Positions 10,266-21,805 of a DNA stretch of 32,000 nt are shown here, piece after piece. Made by a program: the position numbers and the translations under genes. Every line of letters begins with the position of its first letter. Position 1 is the first letter of the stretch. This DNA comes from Candidatus Saccharimonadota bacterium. GTDB taxonomy: Bacteria; Pseudomonadota; Gammaproteobacteria; Enterobacterales; Enterobacteriaceae. Location: contig CP145874.1 of NCBI GenBank assembly GCA_041942055.1, positions 60,001 to 92,000 on the forward strand. The letters are read 5' to 3'. Under the pieces are notes generated by a model. The model was given only the letters and a program-made list of their open reading frames with translations. It made no database searches and was not told the DNA's origin.

Positions 10266-10496
10266 ATGAAATCATATTCTTTACGGAGACGAAAATTTTG
10301 CCGATTTACCGCTGAAAACATTCAAGAAATAGATTACAAAGATCTTGTAACTATAAAAAATTTTATTACTGAAACAGGTAAAATTGTTCCAAGCCGTATT
10401 ACAGGGACATGTGCAAAATATCAAAGACAACTAGCTAAAGCTATTAAAAGAGCTCGTTATCTTTCTTTATTACCATATACTGATCGACAACAATAA
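10266..10496 (+). CDS. rpsR: 30S ribosomal protein S18
   Basis: 76 aa. [20 protein letters not shown]...[36 protein letters not shown] matches S18. Confidence 0.95.
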   Translation: MKSYSLRRRKFCRFTAENIQEIDYKDLVTIKNFITETGKIVPSRITGTCAKYQRQLAKAIKRARYLSLLPYTDRQQ

Positions 10497-10946
10497 ATGT
10501 TAATTATTTTACTTGTAAAAATACCCAATCTGGGTGAGATTGGTGATCAAGTTAATGTAAAACCCGGTTATGCACGTAATTTTTTACTTCCAAAAAAAAG
10601 AGCATTACTTGCTACTAAAGAAAATATAAAATATTTTAATACTTGTCGTGCGGAAATTGAAGCTCAAAAATTAAAAGAATTAGAAATAGCTATAAAACGT
10701 AAAGAACAAATATCGCATTTTTCAGGATTCAATATTCCTGCTAAATCTAATGAGTTAGGAAAATTATTTGGATCCATTGGAACGAACGAGATTGTTAAAC
10801 ATTTCAATTCGGTTGGTATCAAAGTCAATAAAAATGAAATTCGATTACCTGATGGATTATTACGTACTCTTGGTCAACATAAAGTACTTATAAGATTACA
10901 TCATAATATAATAGTAAATATTACTATTAATATAGTAAAAAAATAA
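10497..10946 (+). CDS. rplI: 50S ribosomal protein L9
   Basis: 149 aa. LGEIGDQVNVKPGYARNFLLPKKRA is the L9 N-terminal signature. The ATG directly abuts the rpsR TAA. Confidence 0.93.
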   Translation: MLIILLVKIPNLGEIGDQVNVKPGYARNFLLPKKRALLATKENIKYFNTCRAEIEAQKLKELEIAIKRKEQISHFSGFNIPAKSNELGKLFGSIGTNEIVKHFNSVGIKVNKNEIRLPDGLLRTLGQHKVLIRLHHNIIVNITINIVKK

Positions 10947-10964
10947 CTTTTTACTTTATTATTA

Positions 10965-11333
10965 CTATTTGGTTTGAGTGTTTTTTAAGATTTCTAAATA
11001 TGCCATTGGAGCTTTGTCGCCATTTCTATAACCACATTTTAACACTCGTGTATAACCTCCATAACGATTTGCAAATCGTGGTGCTAATTCTTTAAACAGT
11101 TTATTTAGAGTATTTTTATTTCTAATTCTTGAAAAAATTAATCGACGATTTGGTAAATTATCTACTTTAGAGCGGGTAATTAAAGGTTCAATAAAACGTC
11201 GTAATTCTTTAGCTTTGGGTAATGTGATTTTAATTATTTCATCTCTTACTAAATTAATTATTAAATTACGAAATAATGCATGACGATAACTACTATTACA
11301 GTTAAATTTACGTCCAATTTTACGATGATGCAT
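10965..11333 (-). CDS. rplQ: 50S ribosomal protein L17
   Basis: [24 protein letters not shown]...[23 protein letters not shown] is collinear with E. coli L17. Confidence 0.95.
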   Translation of the reverse strand: MHHRKIGRKFNCNSSYRHALFRNLIINLVRDEIIKITLPKAKELRRFIEPLITRSKVDNLPNRRLIFSRIRNKNTLNKLFKELAPRFANRYGGYTRVLKCGYRNGDKAPMAYLEILKNTQTK

Positions 11334-11342
11334 GTATTTATC

Positions 11343-12344
11343 CTATTCTTCATCAGTATGAAGACTTAATGGAGGCCAATTATCTAAACGCATACCTAAT
11401 TTTAATTTTTTAGAAGCTAATACATCCTTAATTTCATTAAGAGATTTTTTACCTAAATTAGGAGTTTTTAATAATTCTACTTCAGTTTTTTGAACCAGAT
11501 CACCAAGATAATGAATGGCTTCAGCTTTTAAACAATTTGCGGATCTAACTGTTAATTCTAAATCATCAACAGGACGTAATAAAATTGGATCAAAATCTGG
11601 TTTTTCTTCTTCTTTAATTTCAGTAGGAATTTTATCACGTAAATCAACGAAAGCTTCAAGTTGTTCAGCTAAAATAGTAGCAGCACGTTTTATTGCTTCT
11701 TCTGGATCAATGGTCCCATTAGTTTCCATTTCTATAACTAATTTATCTAAATCTGTACGTTGTTCTACACGTGCTGCCTCAACATTATAAATAATGCGTT
11801 GTATAGGACTATAACAGGCATCAACTAATAAACGTCCAATTGGACGTTCTTTGTTTTTTTCAGCATTCATTCTTGCTGTAGCTGGTATATAACCTCGACC
11901 ACGTTCAACTTTAATACGCATATTTATATTGGCTATTTCGTTAGTCAATGTACAAATAATTTGGTGTGGATTGACAATGTTTACACTATTATCATGTATA
12001 ATATCTGCAGCACTTACTACTCCTTTTCCAGATTTATTTATTATAATAATAGCATGATCTTTATCGTAAATTGTAAGAGCTAATTCTTTTAAATTAAGAA
12101 TAATATCTATTATATCCTCTTTTATACCGGGTTTAGTACTATATTCATGTAATATTCCTTCAATCTCAACTTCAGTTACTGCACAACCAGGAAGTGATGA
12201 TAATAAAATTCTTCTTAATGCATTGCCTAAAGTATGACCAAAACCTCGTTCTAATGGTTCTAAGACGATTTTAGCATGTGTGGGGCTTTTATGCTCAATA
12301 TCCACTAGTCGTGGTTTTAAAAACTCTGTAACATAATTTGGCAT
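11343..12344 (-). CDS. rpoA: DNA-directed RNA polymerase alpha subunit
   Basis: [13 protein letters not shown]...[23 protein letters not shown]...[22 protein letters not shown] matches RpoA. I prefer ATG 12344, which has GAGGA 4 nt upstream and an E. coli-like N-terminus, over the track start at 12359. Confidence 0.96.
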   Translation of the reverse strand: MPNYVTEFLKPRLVDIEHKSPTHAKIVLEPLERGFGHTLGNALRRILLSSLPGCAVTEVEIEGILHEYSTKPGIKEDIIDIILNLKELALTIYDKDHAIIIINKSGKGVVSAADIIHDNSVNIVNPHQIICTLTNEIANINMRIKVERGRGYIPATARMNAEKNKERPIGRLLVDACYSPIQRIIYNVEAARVEQRTDLDKLVIEMETNGTIDPEEAIKRAATILAEQLEAFVDLRDKIPTEIKEEEKPDFDPILLRPVDDLELTVRSANCLKAEAIHYLGDLVQKTEVELLKTPNLGKKSLNEIKDVLASKKLKLGMRLDNWPPLSLHTDEE

Positions 12345-12371
12345 TCTATCCTCTAACATTATTTATATTTA

Positions 12372-12992
12372 TTATTTCGAGTAAAGTTCAACAATAAGAT
12401 GTTCATTAATATCCATGGATAAATCTGCACGTTCTGGTATACGTTTGAACACCCCTTCTAATTTTGCAAAATTAACTTCTAACCAAATGGGTTTTTCTCT
12501 TTGTTTAGCAATCTCTAAGGAAGCTTTGATTCGAGACTGTTCTTGAGCTTTTTTATGAATTGTAACTATATTATTAGGATTAACCTTATAAGAAGGGATA
12601 TTAACAATTTTATTATTTACCAAGATTGATTTATGAGAAATTAGTTGTCTTGCTTCTGCACGTGTTGATGCAAAACCCATGCGATAAACCACATTATCTA
12701 AACGACTTTCAAGCATAAACAAAAGATTTTCTCCAGTATTACCTTTTATACGAGTACATTTGTTATAGTAATTACGAAATTGACGTTCTAGCACTCCGTA
12801 TATTCTACGAACTTTTTGTTTTTCTCTTAATTGTATTCCATAATCAGATAAACGTGTTTTTCGAGTTCCATGTTGTCCTGGAGCTTTATCTATTTTACAT
12901 TTAGAATTAATTTCGCGAATTCCAGATTTTAAAAATAAATCCGTACCTTCACGACGATTTAACTTCAGTTTTGGACCTAAATATCTTGCCAT
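12372..12992 (-). CDS. rpsD: 30S ribosomal protein S4
   Basis: 206 aa, the same length as E. coli S4. It begins [24 protein letters not shown]. Confidence 0.97.
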   Translation of the reverse strand: MARYLGPKLKLNRREGTDLFLKSGIREINSKCKIDKAPGQHGTRKTRLSDYGIQLREKQKVRRIYGVLERQFRNYYNKCTRIKGNTGENLLFMLESRLDNVVYRMGFASTRAEARQLISHKSILVNNKIVNIPSYKVNPNNIVTIHKKAQEQSRIKASLEIAKQREKPIWLEVNFAKLEGVFKRIPERADLSMDINEHLIVELYSK

Positions 12993-13021
12993 ATTTTTTC
13001 CTTTTATCTAAAAATATAGTT

Positions 13022-13411
13022 TTATACTCGTCTTTTTTTCGCAGGTCTACAACCATTATGAGGAATAGGAGTTACATCAACAATATTTATGATACGAAAA
13101 CCCGCAGCATTAAAAGCTCTAATACTAGATTCTCTCCCGGGTCCAGGACCATTTACCATAATTTCTAAATTTTTCATTCCATAATCTTTTACCAATTCTG
13201 CACATCGCTCTACTGCTACTTGTGCAGCAAATGGAGTAGATTTGCGAGATCCCCGAAACCCTGAACCTCCAGCTGTTGCCCAGGCTAATACATTACCTAA
13301 TCGATCTGTAATAGTAACTATAGTATTATTAAAAGAAGCATGAATATGAGCAATACCGTCAGTAACAGTTTTTTTAATACGTTTACGGGTTTGAAGTGAT
13401 GATTTGATCAT
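13022..13411 (-). CDS. rpsK: 30S ribosomal protein S11
   Basis: 129 aa, containing [19 protein letters not shown]...[16 protein letters not shown]...[15 protein letters not shown]. Confidence 0.97.
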   Translation of the reverse strand: MIKSSLQTRKRIKKTVTDGIAHIHASFNNTIVTITDRLGNVLAWATAGGSGFRGSRKSTPFAAQVAVERCAELVKDYGMKNLEIMVNGPGPGRESSIRAFNAAGFRIINIVDVTPIPHNGCRPAKKRRV

Positions 13412-13438
13412 ATATGATATGTCCTGTGATTATTTTTT

Positions 13439-13795
13439 TTATTTTTTTAATATTTTACGTGGACCTTTTCTAGTACGTGCATTAGTTTTAGTCCTTTGTC
13501 CTCGCACAGGAAGACCCTTACGATGACGTAATCCCCGATAACACCCTAAATCTATCAATCTCTTAACATTTAATGTTACTTCTCTACGTAAATCTCCTTC
13601 AATAGGATATTTAGAAACTTCAATACGTAATTTTTCTAATTGTTCTTCTGATAAATCTTTTATTTTTATATACGGTTCTATACCTGTAGAAGCACAAATA
13701 GTTTGAGAAATATTTCTTCCTATACCATAAATTGACCTTAAAGCAATAAATGTATGTTTATGGTCGGGTATGTTAATTCCTGCCATGCGTGCCAC
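13439..13795 (-). CDS. rpsM: 30S ribosomal protein S13 (GTG start)
   Basis: 118 aa, with (M)[13 protein letters not shown]...[27 protein letters not shown]. The start codon read on the minus strand is GTG, with GGGAG 9 nt upstream. Confidence 0.96.
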   Translation of the reverse strand: MARMAGINIPDHKHTFIALRSIYGIGRNISQTICASTGIEPYIKIKDLSEEQLEKLRIEVSKYPIEGDLRREVTLNVKRLIDLGCYRGLRHRKGLPVRGQRTKTNARTRKGPRKILKK

Positions 13796-13834
13796 TATTA
13801 TATACTCCCATACTTTTTATGAAAAAATTTTTCA

Positions 13835-13948
13835 TTATCCTTGACGTTGTTTATGTTTTGGATCAATACATATAACTCGTACTATACCTTGACGTTTTAT
13901 AATTTTACAATTATTACATAATTTTTTTACCGAAGTACGAACCTTCAT
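13835..13948 (-). CDS. rpmJ: 50S ribosomal protein L36 (missed by the ORF track, 37 aa)
   Basis: My manual minus-strand translation is [37 protein letters not shown]. It shows the L36 zinc-ribbon pattern and the expected position between secY and rpsM. Confidence 0.92.
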   Translation of the reverse strand: MKVRTSVKKLCNNCKIIKRQGIVRVICIDPKHKQRQG

Positions 13949-13988
13949 TTCTTTATTCTCCACTTTTTTATAAGATAGTTAGTAGGAT

Positions 13989-15329
13989 TTATTTTTTTAC
14001 TTTTTTTAATAATGATTCATATTGTTTAGACATCATAATGGTTTGTACATGAATCATGAAATCCATTATGACTACTACTACAATAAGTAGTGAAGTTCCA
14101 CCAAAATGAAATGGTACTCTTAATATACTTCGCATCAATTCAGGAATTAAACAAATAAAAGATACATATAACGCTCCTATTAAAGTTAAACGGTTCATAA
14201 TATTCTTAATATATTTTGCTGTCTGTTCTCCGGGACGAATACCAGGCACAAATGCTCCAGATTTTTTTAAATTATCTGCAGTTTCACGAGAATTAAAAAC
14301 TAAATTAGTATAAAAAAAACAGAAAAAAATTATACCTATAGTATATAAAATCATATGTAAAGGTTGTCCCGGTTGTAAATATGTTAAAACACTTTTTAGC
14401 CACTTCCATCTAATTCCTCCTCCAAACCATGATAAAATAGTTATTGGAAACAATATTAAACTGGATGCAAATATTGCAGGAATAACACCTGCCATATTTA
14501 TTTTAAATGGTAAATGTGTACTATATTGTGTAATTCCACCATAATTTAAACGCCGTAAATGAGGTCTCATTGCATAATTGACAATTATACGTCTTTGTCC
14601 TTTTTCTATAAATACTACCAAAAAAATAATAGCTAAAATTAATAATACTACTACTAATAAGATTAATAAATTTACATCTCCTTGCCGAGACTTTTCTATA
14701 GTATTAATGATAGCATTTGGTAATCCAGTTACTATTCCAGTATAAATAATCATGGAGGTTCCATTACCAATACCATATTCCGTGATCTGTTCTCCTAACC
14801 ACATAAGAAACATAGTTCCCGTTACTAAACTAAATACTGCAGTTAAATAAAAAGAAAAACTGGTATTGAGTATTAATATTTGCATACCAGGTAAATGTGG
14901 TAAACTAGTAACTATTCCAATTGATTGAAAAATAGATAATATAAAAGTAGCATAACGCGTATATTGGTTTATTTTTCGACGTCCACTTTCTCCCTCTTTT
15001 TTTATTTCAGCTAAACCTGAATGTATGACCGTAAGTAATTGAATTATGATAGAAGCAGATATATAAGGCATAATTCCTAAAGCAAAAATAGAGGCACGAC
15101 TTAATGCACCTCCAGAAAACATATTAAACATGTCTAGTAGAGTTCCATGTTGTTGTTCAACTAATTTTGACAAAAACATGGTATTAATTCCTGGAATGGG
15201 CACAAAACACCCAATTCTAAAAATTATAATTGCAGTAATAACAAAAATTAATCTACGTTTGATTTCACTATAACTACTCATTTTTTTTTGAAAATTAAAT
15301 GACAGATATTTTTTATTAATGTTATTCAT
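13989..15329 (-). CDS. secY: Preprotein translocase subunit SecY
   Basis: 446 aa, collinear with E. coli SecY ([54 protein letters not shown]). The ATG abuts the rplO stop. Confidence 0.97.
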   Translation of the reverse strand: MNNINKKYLSFNFQKKMSSYSEIKRRLIFVITAIIIFRIGCFVPIPGINTMFLSKLVEQQHGTLLDMFNMFSGGALSRASIFALGIMPYISASIIIQLLTVIHSGLAEIKKEGESGRRKINQYTRYATFILSIFQSIGIVTSLPHLPGMQILILNTSFSFYLTAVFSLVTGTMFLMWLGEQITEYGIGNGTSMIIYTGIVTGLPNAIINTIEKSRQGDVNLLILLVVVLLILAIIFLVVFIEKGQRRIIVNYAMRPHLRRLNYGGITQYSTHLPFKINMAGVIPAIFASSLILFPITILSWFGGGIRWKWLKSVLTYLQPGQPLHMILYTIGIIFFCFFYTNLVFNSRETADNLKKSGAFVPGIRPGEQTAKYIKNIMNRLTLIGALYVSFICLIPELMRSILRVPFHFGGTSLLIVVVVIMDFMIHVQTIMMSKQYESLLKKVKK

Positions 15330-15785
15330 CTATTTTGTTGTACTAGAAAGTATAGTACTACCAAGACTTTCTAGTACCTTAGAAGCGCCTTTAGTAATTA
15401 TTATACTCTTACTAATTTTTATAGTGACAGGAGTCAATAATTTTCCTGATAAAATAATTTTAACAAATTGAATATTATTACCAATAATATGAGAGGATTT
15501 TAGATAATCTAAGTCAATAATATTATTATTTACTTTATTTAAATCCGACAGTGTAATTGATGTAGTAATTTTTGACTGTGCTGAAACAAATCCAATTTTT
15601 GGTAAACGACGACGTAAAGGAGTTTGTCCACCCTCAAAACCTCTTTTTACTTTACCACCTGAACGAGATTTTTGTCCTTTATGACCATATCCACATGTTT
15701 TACCCGTTCCTGAACCAATACCACGACCTACTCTTTTTGAGATCTGTTTGGAACCTAGAGATGGATATAAAGTATTTAAATACAT
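15330..15785 (-). CDS. rplO: 50S ribosomal protein L15
   Basis: [13 protein letters not shown]...[25 protein letters not shown] matches the L15 N-terminus. Confidence 0.95.
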   Translation of the reverse strand: MYLNTLYPSLGSKQISKRVGRGIGSGTGKTCGYGHKGQKSRSGGKVKRGFEGGQTPLRRRLPKIGFVSAQSKITTSITLSDLNKVNNNIIDLDYLKSSHIIGNNIQFVKIILSGKLLTPVTIKISKSIIITKGASKVLESLGSTILSSTTK

Positions 15786-15974
15786 CTATTTCTCCATTGG
15801 TACTATTTTTACCATATAGTAAACATGATTTAACATTCCTCGTACTGAAGGAGTATCTTCACGTTCTACAGTATGTCCAATATGACGCAATCCTAACCCA
15901 CGTAATGTAGCTCTATGTTTTGGTAAGCATCCAATTACACTACGCACTTGAGTTATTTGAATAAAATTAGCCAT
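15786..15974 (-). CDS. rpmD: 50S ribosomal protein L30
   Basis: 62 aa with [26 protein letters not shown], in the expected position between rpsE and rplO. Confidence 0.93.
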   Translation of the reverse strand: MANFIQITQVRSVIGCLPKHRATLRGLGLRHIGHTVEREDTPSVRGMLNHVYYMVKIVPMEK

Positions 15975-16017
15975 AATAAAAATCTTTAGTAATATTGTTG
16001 TTATAAAAAATATTTAT

Positions 16018-16518
16018 TTAAAAAATATTTTTACCTCTTTTAGCTGCTATCATTGTTGGAGATTTCATTTTAGCTAATCCATTAAATGTTGCTCGAACAA
16101 CATTAATAGGATTAGTAGAACCATAAGTTTTTGCTAAAACATTCCGAACTCCAGCCACTTCTAATACAGCACGCATTGATCCTCCAGCAATAATTCCAGT
16201 TCCTTCATAGGCCGGTTGCATAATAACTTTGGATCCGGTATGTACTCCTTTAATCTGATATTGTAACGTTCCGTTCTTTAACATAATATTAATCATATTC
16301 CGACGAGCTTTTTCCATAGCTTTTTGAATAGCTACAGGTACTTCACGTGCTTTTCCATAACCAAAACCTACTCTTCCATTACCATTTCCTACAACAGTTA
16401 ATGCCGCAAAACTAAAAATTCGTCCACCTTTTACTGTTTTAGAAACTCGATTAACTACTATCATTTTTTCTTGCAGTTCAGAAACGTGTAGTTTTTCATC
16501 AAGATGATTTTTAATCAT
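16018..16518 (-). CDS. rpsE: 30S ribosomal protein S5
   Basis: 166 aa, containing [40 protein letters not shown]. Confidence 0.97.
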   Translation of the reverse strand: MIKNHLDEKLHVSELQEKMIVVNRVSKTVKGGRIFSFAALTVVGNGNGRVGFGYGKAREVPVAIQKAMEKARRNMINIMLKNGTLQYQIKGVHTGSKVIMQPAYEGTGIIAGGSMRAVLEVAGVRNVLAKTYGSTNPINVVRATFNGLAKMKSPTMIAAKRGKNIF

Positions 16519-16545
16519 AAATTTTTATTTCTCCGGATAAAATTA

Positions 16546-16905
16546 TTAGAATTTTAGTCCTTTACTTCTAGCAGCATCAGCTAATGCTTGAATACGACCA
16601 TGATATAAAAAACCTGATCTATCAAAAGATACGGTGCGTATTCCTTTTTTCAAAGCACGTTCAGCAATTATTTCACCAACTATTTTGGCAGCAATTTTAT
16701 TACCAGTATTTATTAATTTATTTTTGATAGTTTTCTCAAGAGTGGACGCAACTGCTAAAATTTGGCACCCACTTGAATTAACCGTTATGATCTGTGCATA
16801 AATATGACATGAAGTACGATGTATTACTAAACGTATGCTATCAAATTTTTTAAACTGACTACGTGCACGTGCACTTCGACGAAGTCGAATAGATTTTTTA
16901 CACAT
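16546..16905 (-). CDS. rplR: 50S ribosomal protein L18
   Basis: 119 aa, containing [16 protein letters not shown]...[27 protein letters not shown]. Confidence 0.96.
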   Translation of the reverse strand: MCKKSIRLRRSARARSQFKKFDSIRLVIHRTSCHIYAQIITVNSSGCQILAVASTLEKTIKNKLINTGNKIAAKIVGEIIAERALKKGIRTVSFDRSGFLYHGRIQALADAARSKGLKF

Positions 16906-16911
16906 ATTATT

Positions 16912-17448
16912 TTATTTCTTTTTGGCTTCTTTAATACGAATTACTTGGTTACTATAACGAATTCCCCTTCCTTTATAAGGTTCAGGAGGACGATAAGAAT
17001 ATATCTCTGCTGCTACTTGACCCACTAATTGTTTATCAGCACCTTTTATTACCACCTCAGTAGACGAAGGACATTCTACTGTAATTCCAATGGGTAATTT
17101 ATAATATATTAAATGTGAAAAACCTAAAGCTAAAGTTAACATTTGATTATTATCAATAGATGCACGAAAACCTATACCAACTAATTGTAATGTTTTACTA
17201 AAACCTTTAGTTACGCCAATAATCATGCTATTAATAATAGCACGTGTCGTACCAGCTTGCGTCCAGCCATTTATCAATCCTAATCGTGCTTTAAATGTTA
17301 AACAATTATCAATTTTTACAATTTCTACAGCATCATTAATAATAAGACTAAGTTTACCATTATTTCCTTTAATATAAATTGATTGATCTTGTAATTTAAC
17401 TTCAACTTCTTTAGGAATTGTAATAGGATTTTTTGCAACACGAGACAT
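16912..17448 (-). CDS. rplF: 50S ribosomal protein L6
   Basis: 178 aa, with [17 protein letters not shown]...[26 protein letters not shown]. Confidence 0.96.
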   Translation of the reverse strand: MSRVAKNPITIPKEVEVKLQDQSIYIKGNNGKLSLIINDAVEIVKIDNCLTFKARLGLINGWTQAGTTRAIINSMIIGVTKGFSKTLQLVGIGFRASIDNNQMLTLALGFSHLIYYKLPIGITVECPSSTEVVIKGADKQLVGQVAAEIYSYRPPEPYKGRGIRYSNQVIRIKEAKKK

Positions 17449-17471
17449 TGATTATTGACTCCATTTAAATT

Positions 17472-17858
17472 TTAAGCTACATAACATAAAATTTCTCCTC
17501 CTATGCCCTTTGTACGAGCGGATTTATCTGTCATTATTCCTTGAGAAGTAGAAATAATTGCAATTCCCAAACCATTCATTATTTTTGGTAATTCTTCTTT
17601 GCGTTTATAAATGCGTAATCCTGGTTTACTCACCCTCTGAATCATTTCTATTACAGGTTGATTATAAAAATATTTTAGCTTAATTTTTAATAAATTATTG
17701 CTAATAATTTGATATCTTTCAATATAACCTTCTTCAGTTAAAATATGAGCAATAGCTTTTTTTATAGTTGAAAACTGCATAGATACATCACTAAATTTTG
17801 CTGCTTGTCCATTGCGAATACGAGTTATCATATCAGAAATTGGATCTTGCATATTCAT
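17472..17858 (-). CDS. rpsH: 30S ribosomal protein S8
   Basis: 128 aa, with [18 protein letters not shown]...GGEILCYVA. Confidence 0.96.
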   Translation of the reverse strand: MNMQDPISDMITRIRNGQAAKFSDVSMQFSTIKKAIAHILTEEGYIERYQIISNNLLKIKLKYFYNQPVIEMIQRVSKPGLRIYKRKEELPKIMNGLGIAIISTSQGIMTDKSARTKGIGGEILCYVA

Positions 17859-17898
17859 ATTTTTTTTTCCTTAGGTTTTGATACTACTAATTACATTA

Positions 17899-18204
17899 CT
17901 ACCAACTTGCTTTTTTAAGACCTGGAATTTCGCCTCGCATAGCTGCTTCACGGACTTTTATACGACTTAATCCAAATTTACGAAGAAAAGCATGTGGTCG
18001 TCCAGTTTTGCGACAACGGTTACGTTGACGTGATGGACTAGAATCACGCGGTAAACTTTGTAATTTGAATATTGCCTTCATTTTGTCTATATCTGATGTA
18101 ATATCATCACAAATAATTTTTTTTAATTGCATACGTTTTATAAAAAATTTATTAGCCATCTTAATACGTTTTTTATCACGAGAAATCCTTGATTTTTTAG
18201 TCAT
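17899..18204 (-). CDS. rpsN: 30S ribosomal protein S14
   Basis: 101 aa, containing [51 protein letters not shown]. Confidence 0.97.
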   Translation of the reverse strand: MTKKSRISRDKKRIKMANKFFIKRMQLKKIICDDITSDIDKMKAIFKLQSLPRDSSPSRQRNRCRKTGRPHAFLRKFGLSRIKVREAAMRGEIPGLKKASW

Positions 18205-18760
18205 TGAAATCCTTACTTAATTCAGTTCGAAAAGGAAAATTAAATGCACTTAATAAATAATGTGCTTCTTTATCTGATTTAGCTGTGGTAGTAATAGTAA
18301 TATCTAAACCTCGAATATGATCAATTTTATCATAAATAATTTCGGGAAAAATAATTTGTTCTTTAATTCCAATACTATAATTTCCATATCTATCAAATGA
18401 TCTAAGAGAGAAACCTCTAAAATCACGAATTCGTGGAATTACAATATAAATTAAACGTTCAAAAAAATCCCACATCCTTTCTCCTCTAAGTGTCACTTTA
18501 CATCCTAAAGGATATCCTTTACGAATTTTAAAACCTGAGATAGATTTACGTGCTTTAGTTATTAAAGGCTTTTGACCAGAAATGGCCGTTAAATCCGCAA
18601 TAGCATTATCAAGAAGTTTTTTATCAGATACAGCTTTTCCTACTCCCATATTTAAGGTAATTTTTTTTAAATTAGGAACTTGCATGACTGTTTTATACTG
18701 AAAATGCATCATTAGTTTATTAATTACTTCTAATTTATAGAAATCATGCAATTCTGCCAT
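18197..18760 (-). CDS. rplE: 50S ribosomal protein L5 (8-aa C-terminal read-through extension overlapping the rpsN start)
   Basis: 187 aa, collinear with E. coli L5 to ...FNFPFR and then continuing TELSKDFND*. The stop at 18197-18199 lies inside rpsN. Confidence 0.96.
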   Translation of the reverse strand: MAELHDFYKLEVINKLMMHFQYKTVMQVPNLKKITLNMGVGKAVSDKKLLDNAIADLTAISGQKPLITKARKSISGFKIRKGYPLGCKVTLRGERMWDFFERLIYIVIPRIRDFRGFSLRSFDRYGNYSIGIKEQIIFPEIIYDKIDHIRGLDITITTTAKSDKEAHYLLSAFNFPFRTELSKDFND

Positions 18761-18766
18761 ATAAAA

Positions 18767-19084
18767 TTACTCCGAAATAATTTGATTACTAGATTTTAAA
18801 AATCTCATTTTTTTTCCTTGCTTTAATTTAAATCCAATCCGATCTGGTTTACCAGTTTTTGTATTATAAATAGCTACATTACTAATGTGAATGGGTGATT
18901 CTTTTAAAATAATTCCTCCGGGTCTATTTAAAGTAGGAATGGCTTTTTGATGGTGCTTAACTAGATTAATACCTTCAACAATAATTTTATCCGAAGATAA
19001 AACACTCTTTACTTTTCCATGCTTTCCTTTATTTTTACCCGTTAGAATTACTACTTTATCTCCCTGACGAATTTTGGCTGCCAT
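18767..19084 (-). CDS. rplX: 50S ribosomal protein L24
   Basis: 105 aa, with [28 protein letters not shown]...[10 protein letters not shown]. Confidence 0.96.
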   Translation of the reverse strand: MAAKIRQGDKVVILTGKNKGKHGKVKSVLSSDKIIVEGINLVKHHQKAIPTLNRPGGIILKESPIHISNVAIYNTKTGKPDRIGFKLKQGKKMRFLKSSNQIISE

Positions 19085-19099
19085 TATTTATTCTCCTTC

Positions 19100-19471
19100 C
19101 TATAAAACTTCAGGAGCTAAAGAAAGTATTTTCATAAATTTCTCATTACGTAATTCTCGAGTTACTGGACCAAAAATTCTCGTACCAATAGGTAACTCAG
19201 TATTATTATTTAATAGTACACAACAATTTGTATCAAAACGTATTACTGATCCATCAATACGACGTATTCCTTTTTTAGTACGTACAATTACAGCTTTTAA
19301 AATATCACCGTTTTTAACTTTACCTCTAGGTGTTGCATCTTTTATTGCAATTTTAATTATATCACCAATATTTGCATAACGACGTCGAGAGCCACCAAGG
19401 ACTTTGATACACATTACCTTTCGTGCACCTGAATTATCAGCTACAGTAAGAATACTTTGTTCTTGAATCAT
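19100..19471 (-). CDS. rplN: 50S ribosomal protein L14
   Basis: [28 protein letters not shown]... is identical in length (123 aa) to E. coli L14 from ATG 19471. The track start at 19477 is a TTG two codons upstream. Confidence 0.96.
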   Translation of the reverse strand: MIQEQSILTVADNSGARKVMCIKVLGGSRRRYANIGDIIKIAIKDATPRGKVKNGDILKAVIVRTKKGIRRIDGSVIRFDTNCCVLLNNNTELPIGTRIFGPVTRELRNEKFMKILSLAPEVL

Positions 19472-19483
19472 AAACAATCATAC

Positions 19484-19741
19484 CTAATTAAAAGGGGATT
19501 TTTTTACTAAACAAACTAATGTCCATGATTTAGTTTTAGATATAGGACGACATTCTCTTATTTCTACTATATCACCAATATTACATTGATTAAATTCATC
19601 ATGAATGTGTAGTTTATTAGTACGTTTTATGAATTTACCATAAATAGGATGTTTGTAAAATCTATCAATAATAACAACTGCAGATTTTTGCATTCTATTA
19701 CTTACTACTCGTGCTTGTACTGTTCTTTTTTTATCAATCAT
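19484..19741 (-). CDS. rpsQ: 30S ribosomal protein S17
   Basis: [20 protein letters not shown]...[11 protein letters not shown]...[16 protein letters not shown] matches S17. ATG 19741 is preferred over the track GTG at 19750 because of N-terminal alignment to E. coli S17. Confidence 0.95.
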   Translation of the reverse strand: MIDKKRTVQARVVSNRMQKSAVVIIDRFYKHPIYGKFIKRTNKLHIHDEFNQCNIGDIVEIRECRPISKTKSWTLVCLVKKSPFN

Positions 19742-19946
19742 TATTTTCACTGGTTCTTTTTTTTATAGTAATAAAAGTTTTAATACGAGCAATATTTCTA
19801 CGTACTGATTTTAAGCCATTATTATTTTGCCATTTGGGATCCATTCTTTTTTGCATACGTAAATTAAATAATTCCCGTTGTAAATTCGCTAATTCTATCT
19901 TTAATATAGAAATATTTTGTTTATGAATCAAATTTGTTTTATCCAT
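19734..19946 (-). CDS. rpmC: 50S ribosomal protein L29 (C-terminally extended, overlaps the rpsQ start)
   Basis: 70 aa. [15 protein letters not shown]...[10 protein letters not shown] is the L29 core. The TGA stop overlaps the rpsQ ATG (ATGATTGA). Confidence 0.9.
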   Translation of the reverse strand: MDKTNLIHKQNISILKIELANLQRELFNLRMQKRMDPKWQNNNGLKSVRRNIARIKTFITIKKRTSENND

Positions 19947-19953
19947 TATATAA

Positions 19954-20355
19954 TCATATTTTTATAAATATTGTTTTAATTGGTAATTTTGCTGTGGCTA
20001 ATTTAAAAGCTAAGCGAGCTAAATCTTCTGTTACTCCATCCATTTCATATAATATTTTACCTGGTTGAATAGGTGCTGCCCAAAACTCAACATTACCTTT
20101 TCCTTTTCCCATTCTTACTTCTAAAGGTTTTTTAGTCATAGGTTTATCTGGAAAAATACAAATCCATATTTTTCCTTGACGCTTTATTGCACGACTCATA
20201 ACTATTCTAGCCGCTTCAATTTGAGAAGCTGTTATCATGCCACGTTCTATTGCTTTTAATCCAAACTGGCCAAAATTAATTTTAGTACTAGTGGATAATC
20301 CTTTATTTCGACCTTTTTGCATTTTTCTAAATTTAGTTCGTTTCGGTTGCAACAT
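19954..20355 (-). CDS. rplP: 50S ribosomal protein L16
   Basis: 133 aa, with [20 protein letters not shown]...[25 protein letters not shown]. Confidence 0.97.
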   Translation of the reverse strand: MLQPKRTKFRKMQKGRNKGLSTSTKINFGQFGLKAIERGMITASQIEAARIVMSRAIKRQGKIWICIFPDKPMTKKPLEVRMGKGKGNVEFWAAPIQPGKILYEMDGVTEDLARLAFKLATAKLPIKTIFIKI

Positions 20356-20370
20356 CTTATTTTCTCCTGA

Positions 20371-21105
20371 CTATTTATTCTCTTTACGATTTTTAATCTT
20401 ATTGCGATGTTGCTTCTTATTATTATGTTTGGTCCTTTCTTCTGATAAAATTAAAGGAATACCAGTAGGAATAATCTTACCAAGAATTTCACCTTTAAAA
20501 ATCCATGCTTTTACACCAATTACACCGTAATTGGTATAAGCTTCAGAAATACTAAAATCAATATCTGCTCGTAAGGTATGTAATGGAACACGTCCTTCAC
20601 GATACCATTCTCTACGAGCTATCTCAGCTCCTCCAATTCTTCCACTGATTTCAACTTTTATTCCTTTAGCACCTAATCTCATAGCATTTTGTACTGCCCT
20701 TTTCATAGCACGACGAAACATCATACGACGTTCTAATTGAGAAGCAATACTATCTGCTACTAGTTTGGCATTTAATTCGGGTTTATGTACTTCTGTAATA
20801 TTAATTTGACAAGGTACTCCTGCGAGTTGAGCTACTTTTTGACGTAATTTTTCTATATCTTCTCCTTTCTTACCTATAATAATACCAGGTCGTGCACTAT
20901 GAATGGTTATGCGAATACTTTTCGCGGGACGTTCAATAAAAATATGAGACAAAAATGCTTTGGCAAGTTTTTTATTTAAAAAATCCCGAATGTTATCATC
21001 ACTTTCTAAGTTTTTAGCATAATCTCGATTATTAGCAAACCAACTAGAATTCCAAAATTTGGTAATTCCTAATCGCATACCATTTGGATGTACTTTATGT
21101 CCCAT
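20371..21105 (-). CDS. rpsC: 30S ribosomal protein S3 (Lys/Asn-rich C-terminal tail)
   Basis: 244 aa, collinear with E. coli S3 through ...IFKGEILG. It then has a divergent basic tail ...[20 protein letters not shown]. Confidence 0.97.
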   Translation of the reverse strand: MGHKVHPNGMRLGITKFWNSSWFANNRDYAKNLESDDNIRDFLNKKLAKAFLSHIFIERPAKSIRITIHSARPGIIIGKKGEDIEKLRQKVAQLAGVPCQINITEVHKPELNAKLVADSIASQLERRMMFRRAMKRAVQNAMRLGAKGIKVEISGRIGGAEIARREWYREGRVPLHTLRADIDFSISEAYTNYGVIGVKAWIFKGEILGKIIPTGIPLILSEERTKHNNKKQHRNKIKNRKENK

Positions 21106-21138
21106 AATAAATCTCCAGCTGTATCGTCTCCATATTAT

Positions 21139-21474
21139 TTATTGATCTGATGATACAATTATTGTTATATGACTTCTATGCTTCACAATACGATCAGTAC
21201 GTCCTTTGGCACGTAAAAATGAACGTTTTATAGTAGAACCTTTATCAATAAAAATTTTTGCAACTTTCAACTCGTCAAATTCCGCACCATCATTATGTTC
21301 AGAATTAGCAATGGCAGATTCCAAAACTTTTTTAATAATTCCAGCCGCTTTTTTTTTATTATATGTTAAAATATTTAATGCATGCGATACTTTTTTTCCT
21401 CTAATTTGATCTGCAATCAGACGAATTTTTTGTGCGGAAGAAACGGCATTATGATATCGAGCTATAGTTTGCAT
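21139..21474 (-). CDS. rplV: 50S ribosomal protein L22
   Basis: [38 protein letters not shown]... aligns from Met1 of E. coli L22. GAGGA lies upstream of ATG 21474. The track start at 21495 adds 7 unaligned residues. Confidence 0.95.
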   Translation of the reverse strand: MQTIARYHNAVSSAQKIRLIADQIRGKKVSHALNILTYNKKKAAGIIKKVLESAIANSEHNDGAEFDELKVAKIFIDKGSTIKRSFLRAKGRTDRIVKHRSHITIIVSSDQ

Positions 21475-21501
21475 GTAATATTTTTCCTCTACCATTAATT
21501 A

Positions 21502-21786
21502 CTAAGAGCGTTTTTTGATTTTCTTATCTGCAGATGTATGACCACGATAAGTTCGTGTAGGTGCAAATTCTCCTAATTTATGACCTACCATTTCATCAGT
21601 AATAAATATAGGAACATGTTGACGACCATTATGAACAGAAATAGTTAATCCAATCATATTAGGAAAGATAGTTGAGCGACGAGACCAAGTCTTTAATATT
21701 TTTTTATCTTTTTTTTCCAATGCCTTATCGATCTTGTTAAATAAATGTTGGTCAATAAAAGGACCTTTTTTGATAGAACGTGGCAT
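21502..21786 (-). CDS. rpsS: 30S ribosomal protein S19
   Basis: 94 aa, with [12 protein letters not shown]...[33 protein letters not shown]. Confidence 0.97.
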   Translation of the reverse strand: MPRSIKKGPFIDQHLFNKIDKALEKKDKKILKTWSRRSTIFPNMIGLTISVHNGRQHVPIFITDEMVGHKLGEFAPTRTYRGHTSADKKIKKRS

Positions 21787-21805
21787 TATTATATATCCTC
21801 TAATC

